A stretch of DNA of 64,000 nucleotides from an uncultured Bacteroidales bacterium (lineage in GTDB: Bacteria > Bacteroidota > Bacteroidia > Bacteroidales > CAYTAU01). The DNA is taken from NCBI GenBank assembly GCA_964442075.1, contig CAYTWH010000008.1:1828-65827 (forward strand). Direction: 5' to 3'. A program made the translations under genes and the position numbers. Position 1 is the stretch's first letter, and each line of letters starts with the position of its first letter. This document shows positions 7,977-16,943 of the stretch, piece by piece. The notes under the pieces were generated by a model, which saw nothing but the letters and a program-made list of their open reading frames with translations, did no database searches and had not been told where the DNA came from.

Positions 7977-9230
7977 CTATTCATCTGTTTGTTTTTCAAT
8001 AAAGCTATCGTAGGCTCTTAAAAATGCGTTAAACATTAAATCCCCTTGCAATATATAACCACTACCATTAAAATGCAACTTGTCATTAGCAGTTAAGCCT
8101 GCCCGATGCCATAAAATAACAGAATTCAGTCCACCCATTACCGAGAAAAAATCCCAAACAGCACAAGAGTGTTTTTCTGCCTGCCTGTATATTATGTTTC
8201 TTACTTTAGGTATATTTCTGTTTATATATCTACGATATCTGTAACTGTCTCCAGGCGTAGTTAAGAGTATTGGTACTCCGGGGGCTGCATCTTTTATTTT
8301 TAATATCAAAGTATTAAAATTGTTTTCTACAGCATTTGTGTCAACGGTTTTCATATAAGCATCGTTTGTACCAAGCGATATTATTACAAAATCGGGAGCA
8401 AGAGCTTTAAGGTGCTGCGAAAACAGATTACAACACAAATACGCATCAACATCGGCACCGTTTACCCCTACTGTGTGATATATTACTCCAGGGTCTTCAG
8501 TTTCAAAACTAATACCATGCAACACAAATTTTTCCTGCAAACCGTCTGTTCTTACAAACTTCAGATATAAAGTATCGTCAATATATGTATCGAAATAAAA
8601 CTTTGTGTATCCAAAGGTATCGTTATCGCAAACTGTAATTTTGTTAATACTGTTTTTAATTTCAACTTTAAAACTTAAACTATCGGTATTATGAAAAACT
8701 TTAACAGTATTAAAATCATATTTCAGATAATCTTTATCTCTTAAAAACACATTTATTGTTGATATACTATCGTAGGTTGTTACAGACATTCCCGAAAGAC
8801 CAAGATCACATTTCTTTATTTTTTCTACATTTTTGCAAGCTTCCCAATTACCAGTTGAACTTGTTCGCAAATTAAAAGGATTATTTGTTTTTGCAACTCT
8901 GTATGGGAAAATAAATCCTCTGCCGCCAAGCCCTCCCTGAAAAAATGTTTGCATACGATGTCGCATTCTGCCCGAAAAAAAATCTGCCTGCAAATGACTG
9001 TCTCCAATATGAAGAACTTTTATTTGCCCCTCTCCTTTTAATATTAATCTATTGAAAGATTGAAAAAGTTTTTCGTAAGCAGTGCTGTCATTATAAAAAT
9101 CAACTCTGTTAGTATCGTAATTAATAAAATCGTAATTAGAAATATCGTAAGGATAGTCTTGCGAAAAAGCACTAATTACTGTAGTGAATAAAATTAAAAA
9201 TGCTATTGCTGCTTTTTTTATAATCGACAT
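7977..9230 (-). CDS. SGNH/GDSL-family hydrolase, secreted
   Basis: It has a signal peptide and the SGNH blocks VLHIGDSHLQADFF (block I) and IISLGTNDAY (block III). Confidence 0.8.
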   Translation of the reverse strand: MSIIKKAAIAFLILFTTVISAFSQDYPYDISNYDFINYDTNRVDFYNDSTAYEKLFQSFNRLILKGEGQIKVLHIGDSHLQADFFSGRMRHRMQTFFQGGLGGRGFIFPYRVAKTNNPFNLRTSSTGNWEACKNVEKIKKCDLGLSGMSVTTYDSISTINVFLRDKDYLKYDFNTVKVFHNTDSLSFKVEIKNSINKITVCDNDTFGYTKFYFDTYIDDTLYLKFVRTDGLQEKFVLHGISFETEDPGVIYHTVGVNGADVDAYLCCNLFSQHLKALAPDFVIISLGTNDAYMKTVDTNAVENNFNTLILKIKDAAPGVPILLTTPGDSYRYRRYINRNIPKVRNIIYRQAEKHSCAVWDFFSVMGGLNSVILWHRAGLTANDKLHFNGSGYILQGDLMFNAFLRAYDSFIEKQTDE

Positions 9231-9443
9231 TAAACAAAACCTTAAAAATAATGCTGCGAATTTAATGATTTATACCAACTTCTTAACTGGTTTACGAAAT
9301 AAAGATATTTAGGAATCCTACTTAAGGTTAGGCATGCATTAACAAGTTAGTAGTTCTTGGATTAAACAAATAATAAACAACTAACAAATTATTATTTATT
9401 GTTTAATTCGATTAATTCTATTATTTTTGGACAAAGAATTTTT

Positions 9444-9914
9444 ATGGGCTTATTCAATAAAATACATCACCACAAAGAGAACCATTTTAATGGGAACTTA
9501 TTGCACAGTAATCCTTATTCTATAATTCCTCCTAATATTCCATCGGGTGAAGTTTATCATTTTACTACCGATAGCGGACTTGAATATGAAGTACGAGTTG
9601 GTAAAATTAAGAACTCTTTAAGTCGTGTTGTAAACTTTAATGTTTTAAACGACGAATATTCCGACAATGAATACGCTGCTACAAACAAGGGTGAAATTTA
9701 CAGAGTGGTTTCTACAGTTATAGAAATTCTGAAAATGTATATGAATATTCATGAGCTTGTAAAACAATATGAGTTTTCAGGAGAATTTAAAAATGAAAAC
9801 GAAGATAACGAAACAAGCATACGCACACGTTTCTTTTGCCGTGGATTAGCAAGAGCATTTCCTACCTGGAATGTAAGAATTGAAAGTAACCACGGAGTAT
9901 TAAATAGAAAGTGA
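9444..9914 (+). CDS. Hypothetical protein
   Basis: The listed ORF starts at a TTG (9399). The first ATG (MGLFNK...) is at 9444. I recognised no motif and no signal peptide. Confidence 0.55.
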   Translation: MGLFNKIHHHKENHFNGNLLHSNPYSIIPPNIPSGEVYHFTTDSGLEYEVRVGKIKNSLSRVVNFNVLNDEYSDNEYAATNKGEIYRVVSTVIEILKMYMNIHELVKQYEFSGEFKNENEDNETSIRTRFFCRGLARAFPTWNVRIESNHGVLNRK

Positions 9915-10022
9915 TGTAACAATTTACCACCTAACCCAGTACTAGAAACAAAACAACATAAATTTAAATGTTTTGTTAATATTTATATATTTTAAATTTT
10001 AGTCATTTTAACTTATTATCAT

Positions 10023-10030
10023 TATATTTG
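10023..10030 (+). promoter_or_regulatory. Candidate -7 promoter element (TATATTTG)
   Basis: It matches TAnnTTTG 31 nt upstream of the ATG at 10062. Confidence 0.35.
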
Positions 10031-10061
10031 TTTCTTAAATAATCCTAAAAATTAATCTACA

Positions 10062-13000
10062 ATGAAAAAATTAACTACATTATTAATTGCAAGCATCTTT
10101 ATTACAAACTGTTTACTATCGCAAATGGGTTTTACGGTTGACACTAATCAAGGATGTACCCCTTTAACTGTAAATTTTACTAATACAAGTCCTGTTGGTC
10201 CAACTTACACATGGGATTTTGGAGATGGCTCTCCAATTTACACAGGATATCATGCAACACACACTTTTTATACAGGCGGTCATTGGGTAACACTTTCTGG
10301 TAATGAGGGTAATATACACACAACAATTGAGGTTATTGGAGCAGATGAATTTAATCCAACAGATGGAAGCCAATTCTGTCCGGGAGAAGAAGTTGAATTT
10401 GCTTTTGAAAGATCTTGTTCCTATACAATATGGGATTTCGGAGATGGAATTATTGACACTTCTAATCATAATAAGTCATCTCACATATATAACACACCCG
10501 GATTTTATGATGTTACTTTAATTGTTGATGGCGAATGTGGAGTTGATACTGTAACACAAACTTATGAAGTTACAAGCTCTGCCATTCCAAGTGTAAATGC
10601 TTATCGTAATAATGGCTCCTTATGCCCTGGCGAAGAAATTGCATTTGGTTGTTATGAGAATTCAGAAAGTTATTTTTGGGATTTTGACGATGGTACAAAT
10701 TCAACAGAAAAGAGTCCACATCATGTATTCAATACAATAGGAAGTAAAAGAGTAATATTAACATTAACAAATATTTGTGGAAATTCAAATTCCGACACAT
10801 TATATATACATGTGATGGATAATATGCCTGCATCTGCAGATTTTGATTATTCAAGCCCATCATGTCCAAATGATTTTATAAACTTCAATAGTGTTTGGTA
10901 TGGCACTTATGAATGGGATTTTGGACCATTAGGAACTTCCAGCCTAAGTGATCCTGCGATAATGTATACAGATACAGGTACATATAGCGTTCAATTGATT
11001 TTAACAAATTATTGTGGTAATTCAGATACAGTTCAACACGATATTGTAGTAGAATATGACACTTTAAATAAACCTCAAGCAGATATTTCTTTTGATATAA
11101 ACAATGGTTATGGTGTGGATACTCTTAAAATATGTCCAAACCAAGAAGTAAAATTTAGAAATGACACCTGGAGTGGAAGCGATTTATATTTCCATTGGGA
11201 TTTTAATGATGGCAACTATTCATATTCAAAAGATGCAATTCATACTTTTACTACAGCAGGATTATATGAAGTTATTATGACAGCTACAAATAATTGTAAT
11301 GGGCAAAGATCTGCATCCCTGTGGGTTGACGTAGACCCTACAACAATGCCAAATTCAAGTTTACAGGCAATGCCAGATACTATTTGCCCGGGTGAAAGTG
11401 CATTTTTCTATAATGAAGAAGGAGAAAATGATGACGATAATACAAGTTATTTCTATTCAATATGGTTTGGCGATGGAGATTCAATTGTTAATGTAACCTC
11501 TACACCCGATTCTCTTCCTTTCTTTCATCATACTTATAATACACCAGGAACTTATAATTATACTTTTACCGTTTCCAATTTATGCAATAACTCAGAAAAT
11601 AATTCTGGAACAATAATAGTTGATGACACAGGAAATCACGAAACTTTTTATTTTATTGGTAACTCTGCTGATACATCATCTTCAGGAATGGGCCATGAAG
11701 ATCTTCCATGTCCCGGCGATCTGATAGAATTCTTTGGAATAGGTGGAGCTTCAATAATTTGGGATTTTGGTGATGGTACATTAGATACAGGAATGCATGT
11801 ATTTCACTCTTATCCCGACACAGGAACATACACAATATTACTTTATGCAACTGATGGATGCGGTCTTACTGACACATTAGAAACTTATGCAACTGTAGAT
11901 GATTCTTCATTTGCAGATTCTTGGTTTGATGTTGATAAAGAGTATGCCTGTGTAGGTGATACAATTAATTTTGATTACCATAGAGATGGTTTTGAAATAA
12001 TGAGCTATGATTTTGAATGGCAATTTGGTGATGGAATTACTTCAAATTATGTTAATCCACGACACATATATGCATCAGCAGGCGACTATTTTGTAAAACT
12101 TATTGTTACTAATGGTTGTGGGGCAGATTCTTCTACACGAATGATACATATTGATGCTCCAACAATTGATTTTACAGTTGATCAAAATATTATAGCACCA
12201 AGTACAACAGTAAATTTTACAAATCTAACAACTAATGCAACAGCATATTTATGGTATTTTGGTGATGGAACAAGTAGTACTTTACAAAATCCATCTCATA
12301 CATATACAAACTTTGGTTCTTATAATGTTACCTTAATTGCTGCTTCATCAGGCGGATGTACTGATTTCCTGAAAAAGAATAACTACATTCATGTTCACAA
12401 TATGGAAATATCATATTCATCTGTTAATGATATTACATGTAATGGAGATGATGATGGCTCAATTGATATTGTAGTATCCGGAGGTCAATATCCTTACTCT
12501 TATTTATGGTCTAATGGTGATATAGCTCAACATATTAGCAACTTACCATCGGGAGGCTATTCTGTAACAATTACAGATTATAATGGAGCAACAACAACAG
12601 GAACTTATACAATTACTGAACCTCCTGCATTTTCTGGTGGAATTTCTAAAACCGATATTACTTGTTATGGACTTAATGATGGTTCTGCAAGTATTAGTTT
12701 AACAGGAGGAAATCCTCCTTATGAATTTTTATGGTCTAATGGAGCAACAAGTCCGAGTATTTCAAATGTTATAGCAGGATATTATTTTGCAATTGTAAAA
12801 GATGCTAATACCTGTGTCGTTAATCAAGGAATTACAATAAATGAGCCTATTGAATTAGCAGTAAATCATAATGGTTCAGTGAACCCTTCTACATGTGGAG
12901 GAGCAGATGGTTGGATTAATGTTAATGCAACAGGAGGTTCAGGTGGTTATTCATATGTTTGGAGTGCAAATGCTGGCGGAGCTTCAGGAACTGGAGCATC

Positions 13001-14837
13001 AAATTTAGCTGCTGACGTATATTCAGTAACAGTTTATGATAGTAATATGTGTTCAGATATACTTTCAGAGGGATTGAGTGATCCAACAGGACCAGTTATT
13101 GACCCAACACACAATATGCAAGGTGTTTCTTGTCATGATGGTAGTGATGGATATATAATAATCTCTGCTACAGGAGTTGCTCCACTATCATTCTTATGGT
13201 CTAATACTGCAACTGACTCAATGATTACAAATATAACTGCAGGAACTTATAGTTTAACAATTACTGATGGAAATTTATGTAAAAGTACTTGTGTAAGAGA
13301 AATTGATAATCCTGATGAGTTAGTATTATCAATTTTACCTGATTATCCAACTTGTTATGGAGGTTATGATGGTGGTGCACAAGCCTTTGTTTCTGGAGGA
13401 ACTACGTGGGGTAATTATAATTACCAATGGTCAAACGGCTCTCAAGATTCTATTATGGTAAACAGGCCTGCAGGAAATTATTCTCTTACTGTTACGGATG
13501 GTCCAGGTTGTACAATCGTTGGCAACACAACACTTACTAATCCTCCACAAATAATAATTGATATGTATCCTTCAAGTGTAACATTTTATGGACAATCTGA
13601 TGGTTATATTGATATTATGGTAAATAATGGAATACTTCCATACCAATTCTTGTGGTCGAATGGAGAAACTACAGAAGATATTGGTGGATTATCAGCAGGT
13701 GTTTATACCGTTACAATTATAGACGATAATTCTTGTCAAAATATTGCAACAGATACTGTTCATCAACCACTAGCTCTTAATGTTAATATTACATCTAGTG
13801 GAAATACAACTTTCTGTTCAGGAAATGGGATTATTCTTGATGCAGGTGCGGGTTACGTAGATTATCAATGGTCTGCTAATGCAAATAATGCAACTACAAG
13901 GATGATTCCTGTTAGTATATCTGGCACATACTATGTTACAGTAACATCAATAAATAGTTATGGAATTGGTTCAATAATAGTTGATGTAAAAGAACCTTAT
14001 GCAAATCAGGAAATTTGTATTGTAACTATTGATAGCACTACTGGAAAAAATCTAGTAATATGGGAAAAAGCTTATAATGAAGGAATAGAATCATTCAATA
14101 TCTACAAAGAATCTACCGTTTCAAACGTTTACGATTCAATAGGCAATCTTCCTTTTGATGACATGAGTGAATTTATTGATTACACTTCAAATCCTCAAAC
14201 TGTTGCAGCAAGATATAAGATATCTGTTGTTGACACCTGTGGTAACGAATCGGCATTAAGCCTTGCTCACAAAACAATGCACTTAACTGTTAGCACCGGT
14301 CTTGGAGTATATAATCTAATTTGGGAAAATTACGAAGGTTTTACTTTCGGTTCCTATACAATATTTAGAGGAACTGACCAGAATAATTTGTTGCCTATTG
14401 GAGCAATACAAAGCACACTAACAACATATACCGATTATCAGCCAATAGGTCTTTATTATTATCAAATTTCTGTTGAAAAAACATCACCATGTATTCCAAC
14501 AAGTAGTGCTAAGGCAAACGGAGGTCCTTATAGTCATTCTGTTTCAAACCTTGAGGATAATGGTATGAATCCAACAGGTATTGAGCAATTATATGTTTCT
14601 GATGATATGTTAATTTATCCTAATCCTTTTACAAATTCAACAACAATAAAATTCAATAACTCTGATAATTCTGACTTTGATCTTACATTGTTCGATATAT
14701 CGGGCAAAATAGTAAAAATTATCAGTAATATTAATACCGGTTTAATTCATCTTGATAGAGATGAACTAACTGCAGGATTTTATACTGTTGAATTAAAAGG
14801 AAATAAAACACTTAGAGGGCGTATTATTATTAAATAA
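10062..14837 (+). CDS. Giant T9SS-secreted surface protein with PKD-like repeats, SprB-type repeats and a type-A CTD
   Basis: About ten WDFGDG-containing PKD-like modules are followed by about seven C-x-G-x-x-DG...GG..PY.(F/Y)LWSNG SprB-type repeats. The C-terminus reads LIYPNPFTNSTTIKF...GFYTVEL. Confidence 0.9.
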   Translation: MKKLTTLLIASIFITNCLLSQMGFTVDTNQGCTPLTVNFTNTSPVGPTYTWDFGDGSPIYTGYHATHTFYTGGHWVTLSGNEGNIHTTIEVIGADEFNPTDGSQFCPGEEVEFAFERSCSYTIWDFGDGIIDTSNHNKSSHIYNTPGFYDVTLIVDGECGVDTVTQTYEVTSSAIPSVNAYRNNGSLCPGEEIAFGCYENSESYFWDFDDGTNSTEKSPHHVFNTIGSKRVILTLTNICGNSNSDTLYIHVMDNMPASADFDYSSPSCPNDFINFNSVWYGTYEWDFGPLGTSSLSDPAIMYTDTGTYSVQLILTNYCGNSDTVQHDIVVEYDTLNKPQADISFDINNGYGVDTLKICPNQEVKFRNDTWSGSDLYFHWDFNDGNYSYSKDAIHTFTTAGLYEVIMTATNNCNGQRSASLWVDVDPTTMPNSSLQAMPDTICPGESAFFYNEEGENDDDNTSYFYSIWFGDGDSIVNVTSTPDSLPFFHHTYNTPGTYNYTFTVSNLCNNSENNSGTIIVDDTGNHETFYFIGNSADTSSSGMGHEDLPCPGDLIEFFGIGGASIIWDFGDGTLDTGMHVFHSYPDTGTYTILLYATDGCGLTDTLETYATVDDSSFADSWFDVDKEYACVGDTINFDYHRDGFEIMSYDFEWQFGDGITSNYVNPRHIYASAGDYFVKLIVTNGCGADSSTRMIHIDAPTIDFTVDQNIIAPSTTVNFTNLTTNATAYLWYFGDGTSSTLQNPSHTYTNFGSYNVTLIAASSGGCTDFLKKNNYIHVHNMEISYSSVNDITCNGDDDGSIDIVVSGGQYPYSYLWSNGDIAQHISNLPSGGYSVTITDYNGATTTGTYTITEPPAFSGGISKTDITCYGLNDGSASISLTGGNPPYEFLWSNGATSPSISNVIAGYYFAIVKDANTCVVNQGITINEPIELAVNHNGSVNPSTCGGADGWINVNATGGSGGYSYVWSANAGGASGTGASNLAADVYSVTVYDSNMCSDILSEGLSDPTGPVIDPTHNMQGVSCHDGSDGYIIISATGVAPLSFLWSNTATDSMITNITAGTYSLTITDGNLCKSTCVREIDNPDELVLSILPDYPTCYGGYDGGAQAFVSGGTTWGNYNYQWSNGSQDSIMVNRPAGNYSLTVTDGPGCTIVGNTTLTNPPQIIIDMYPSSVTFYGQSDGYIDIMVNNGILPYQFLWSNGETTEDIGGLSAGVYTVTIIDDNSCQNIATDTVHQPLALNVNITSSGNTTFCSGNGIILDAGAGYVDYQWSANANNATTRMIPVSISGTYYVTVTSINSYGIGSIIVDVKEPYANQEICIVTIDSTTGKNLVIWEKAYNEGIESFNIYKESTVSNVYDSIGNLPFDDMSEFIDYTSNPQTVAARYKISVVDTCGNESALSLAHKTMHLTVSTGLGVYNLIWENYEGFTFGSYTIFRGTDQNNLLPIGAIQSTLTTYTDYQPIGLYYYQISVEKTSPCIPTSSAKANGGPYSHSVSNLEDNGMNPTGIEQLYVSDDMLIYPNPFTNSTTIKFNNSDNSDFDLTLFDISGKIVKIISNINTGLIHLDRDELTAGFYTVELKGNKTLRGRIIIK

Positions 14838-14866
14838 TAGTTGTTCCGTAAAAACATTCTATGTTC

Positions 14867-14889
14867 GGCGTAGGCTTTCTGCCTACGTC
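14867..14889 (+). terminator. GC-rich hairpin downstream of the 1591-aa gene
   Basis: GGCGTAGGC-TTTCT-GCCTACGTC lies 30 nt after the stop in otherwise AT-rich DNA. The T-tract after it is weak. Confidence 0.5.
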
Positions 14890-15164
14890 GTTAAATATTA
14901 TTTTATTATTTCTGTATCTATAAAGTTATCAATAATTAACTTGTCTCCTACTTCTGCCTTTTTAAAGAGCATTAACAGATAATGAGGCTCATTGAGTCTT
15001 AAATATGCTTCAAATGTTTCTGATTTAAATTATGCGGCGCTATTGTCTACTTATACAAACATACAATAACTATACCTATTGCGTATAAATATTATTGAAT
15101 TTATTAACAAATGTTAAACGTTTTTTTAATAAATATGACATATATTGGATAAATAGCTATACGC

Positions 15165-15808
15165 CAACCTACAAACATAGGGCACTTTCTTAACAAAGTG
15201 GGGTCAGCGAGTAACTCGTTAAGAGCAATTTCTTAAGAAAACGTGCTTCCCGAGTTACTTGCAGACCATGTTTTTTTAGCAAAATGGGGTTCCCGAGTTA
15301 CTTAAATAGGGTATTTTCTATGCAAATTGAGGTCATCGACTTACTCGATAGCTGTGTTTTTAACCAAAATTGGGTACTAAACTTACTCGTTAAGGGCATT
15401 TTTTTACCAAAGTGGGGTTAACGAGTTACTTGCAGACCATGTTTTTTTAGCAAAATGGGGTTCCCGAGTTACTTAAATAGGGTATTTTCTATGCAAATTG
15501 AGGTCATCGACTTACTCGATAGCTGTGTTTTTAACCAAAATTGGGTACTAAACTTACTCGTTAAGGGCATTTTTTTACCAAAGTGGGGTTAACGAGTTAC
15601 TCGTTAAGTACACTTTCTTAAGAAAACATATGTTGCGAGTTACTCGTTAAGGGCAGTTTTTTACTAAAGTGGGGTTAGCGAGTTACTCGTTAAGGGCACT
15701 TTTTTACTAAAGTGGGGTATGTAAGCTGCCAACAAAGGGCAAATTTTTGATAATGTTGCCTCATCAAGTTACTCGTTAAAGGCATATTTTAATAAATCGG
15801 GACAGGCT
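15165..15808. repeat. Tandem array of about 15 units of 43 bp, each with a dyad-symmetric core
   Basis: The anchor CGAGT(T/A)ACTCG recurs at 15208, 15251, 15294, 15337, 15379, 15422, 15465, 15508, 15550, 15593, 15636, 15679 and 15765. The best units read CGAGTTACTCGTTAAGGGCAyTTTTTTACyAAAGTGGGGTTAr. Segments 15251-15421 and 15422-15592 are identical. Confidence 0.9.
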
Positions 15809-15853
15809 CTAACAGTGGAGAAAGTCCTACTCTTAGGATGATTTAGGGGGTTA

Positions 15854-16744
15854 TTACTGTTTAATTATCTTCTTTATTACTGTCTCTTTATCAGTTATTA
15901 TTTTTATAAAGTAAATGCCTTGTGGCTCATGGCTTAAGTCTATTTCTTTTAAACCTAACAGGTTTTCAAAACCTGTCATGGTTTTTCCTGTAATATCTAA
16001 AACCTCTATTCTCTTGATTCCATCTGCCTCTATTGTTATTAATCCTGTTGTGGGGTTTGGGAATATTGAAATATTACTTAATGTTTTTCCGGCATCTTTT
16101 ACGTTTGTAAGGATATAACATGAATTATATGAAGGATTTTGATATTTAAGTGTGTCATTTTCTGAAAAACATAATAAATCAAAAGAATCACCACCTACTG
16201 TTCCATTGGTATAATGCAATATACCACTTAAACTGCCAAGCCCTTCAACCCATCGTTCTATTCCACAACCCATGGTGTCGCCAAAAATTGGGTTCATATG
16301 AAATTGCCTTTTATAATTTCCTCCTATTAATATACTGTCAATTTCGCAAACTATAAATTGTATTGAATTAAAATACCAATTACTGCCAAAACTGTTTATA
16401 CCTGCAATATATAGTGTGTCATTTATATTTGCTCCAAAATCATAAATAAGGCTTTCTTGTAATGATGTATCTGTTCTGTAATAAACTTCTTTGTCTATGG
16501 TTTCCCGTATATAGCCATATGGTAACCAACTTGTCTGAAACTCATCAGTTGAACGAAATACTTTCTTATAGTTTTCTAAATCAATAATTGTATCCTGTTC
16601 TATTTTAATATATTCTGTTATTATAGTAAATGAAGGCAAGCGATGTATAACTGTACTCCAAAGTTTATTGGTATCAACTAAAGTCTGACTAATTGCAATG
16701 CTTGAGATCAATATTATTACTAAAAAAGAAATTTGTTTTTTCAT
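15854..16744 (-). CDS. Secreted hypothetical protein with a T9SS type-A CTD
   Basis: It has a signal peptide and the C-terminus ISIFPNPTTGLITIEADG...GIYFIKI. Confidence 0.85.
   Translation of the reverse strand: MKKQISFLVIILISSIAISQTLVDTNKLWSTVIHRLPSFTIITEYIKIEQDTIIDLENYKKVFRSTDEFQTSWLPYGYIRETIDKEVYYRTDTSLQESLIYDFGANINDTLYIAGINSFGSNWYFNSIQFIVCEIDSILIGGNYKRQFHMNPIFGDTMGCGIERWVEGLGSLSGILHYTNGTVGGDSFDLLCFSENDTLKYQNPSYNSCYILTNVKDAGKTLSNISIFPNPTTGLITIEADGIKRIEVLDITGKTMTGFENLLGLKEIDLSHEPQGIYFIKIITDKETVIKKIIKQ
15951..15985. repeat. Second, slightly decayed copy of the CTD palindrome (encodes TMTGFENLLGL)
   Basis: The sequence is AAACCTAACAGGTTT-TCA-AAACCTGTCATGGTTT. It sits at the same relative position in the CTD as the copy at 5662-5694. 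Confidence 0.75.
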
Positions 16745-16943
16745 AAGTAAATGTTTTGCTTATTCTTTATATTAGACTCAAAATGTAATAGAAAGGTTGC
16801 ATAATAATGATAATATAATTTATTCTTTGCAATCTATTATTTTCAAAGATACAAAATTTATAATAATTTGCAAACTACTATTTACCTATTCTGAAAAATG
16901 CCTAACTTTGTAAACTAAAATAATTGAAAATAATTGAAATAAA

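Noticed and set aside
9399-9443. Several listed ORFs have N-terminal extensions from non-ATG starts: TTG at 9399, 23148, 36650 and 56019, and GTG at 63939.
   Set aside because: In four of the five cases an ATG with a better N-terminus or signal peptide lies a few to 20 codons downstream. At 56019 the TTG also overlaps a promoter-like TAnnTTTG motif. At 63939 the frame simply continues open to the window edge.
15165-15808. The tandem array could be a CRISPR locus.
   Set aside because: The period is only 43 bp. There is no split into invariant repeats and unique spacers, because variation is scattered across the whole unit. A four-unit block is duplicated verbatim, and no cas genes are present in the window.
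14898-15808. The array could be a type III toxin-antitoxin RNA antitoxin (ToxI-like tandem repeats) with a downstream toxin.
   Set aside because: No ToxN/AbiEii-like ORF follows the array on either strand. On the minus strand only a 43-codon stub lies in a 270-bp space, and on the plus strand the array runs into the 3' end of an opposing gene. I kept this only as a minor alternative in the main finding.
14838-15853. The large AT-rich non-coding gap could be a replication origin (oriC).
   Set aside because: I found only one weak 7-of-9 match to the DnaA box TTATCCACA (TTATCCAAT, minus strand near 15145). There are no dnaA/dnaN neighbours, and the repeat core does not resemble a DnaA box.
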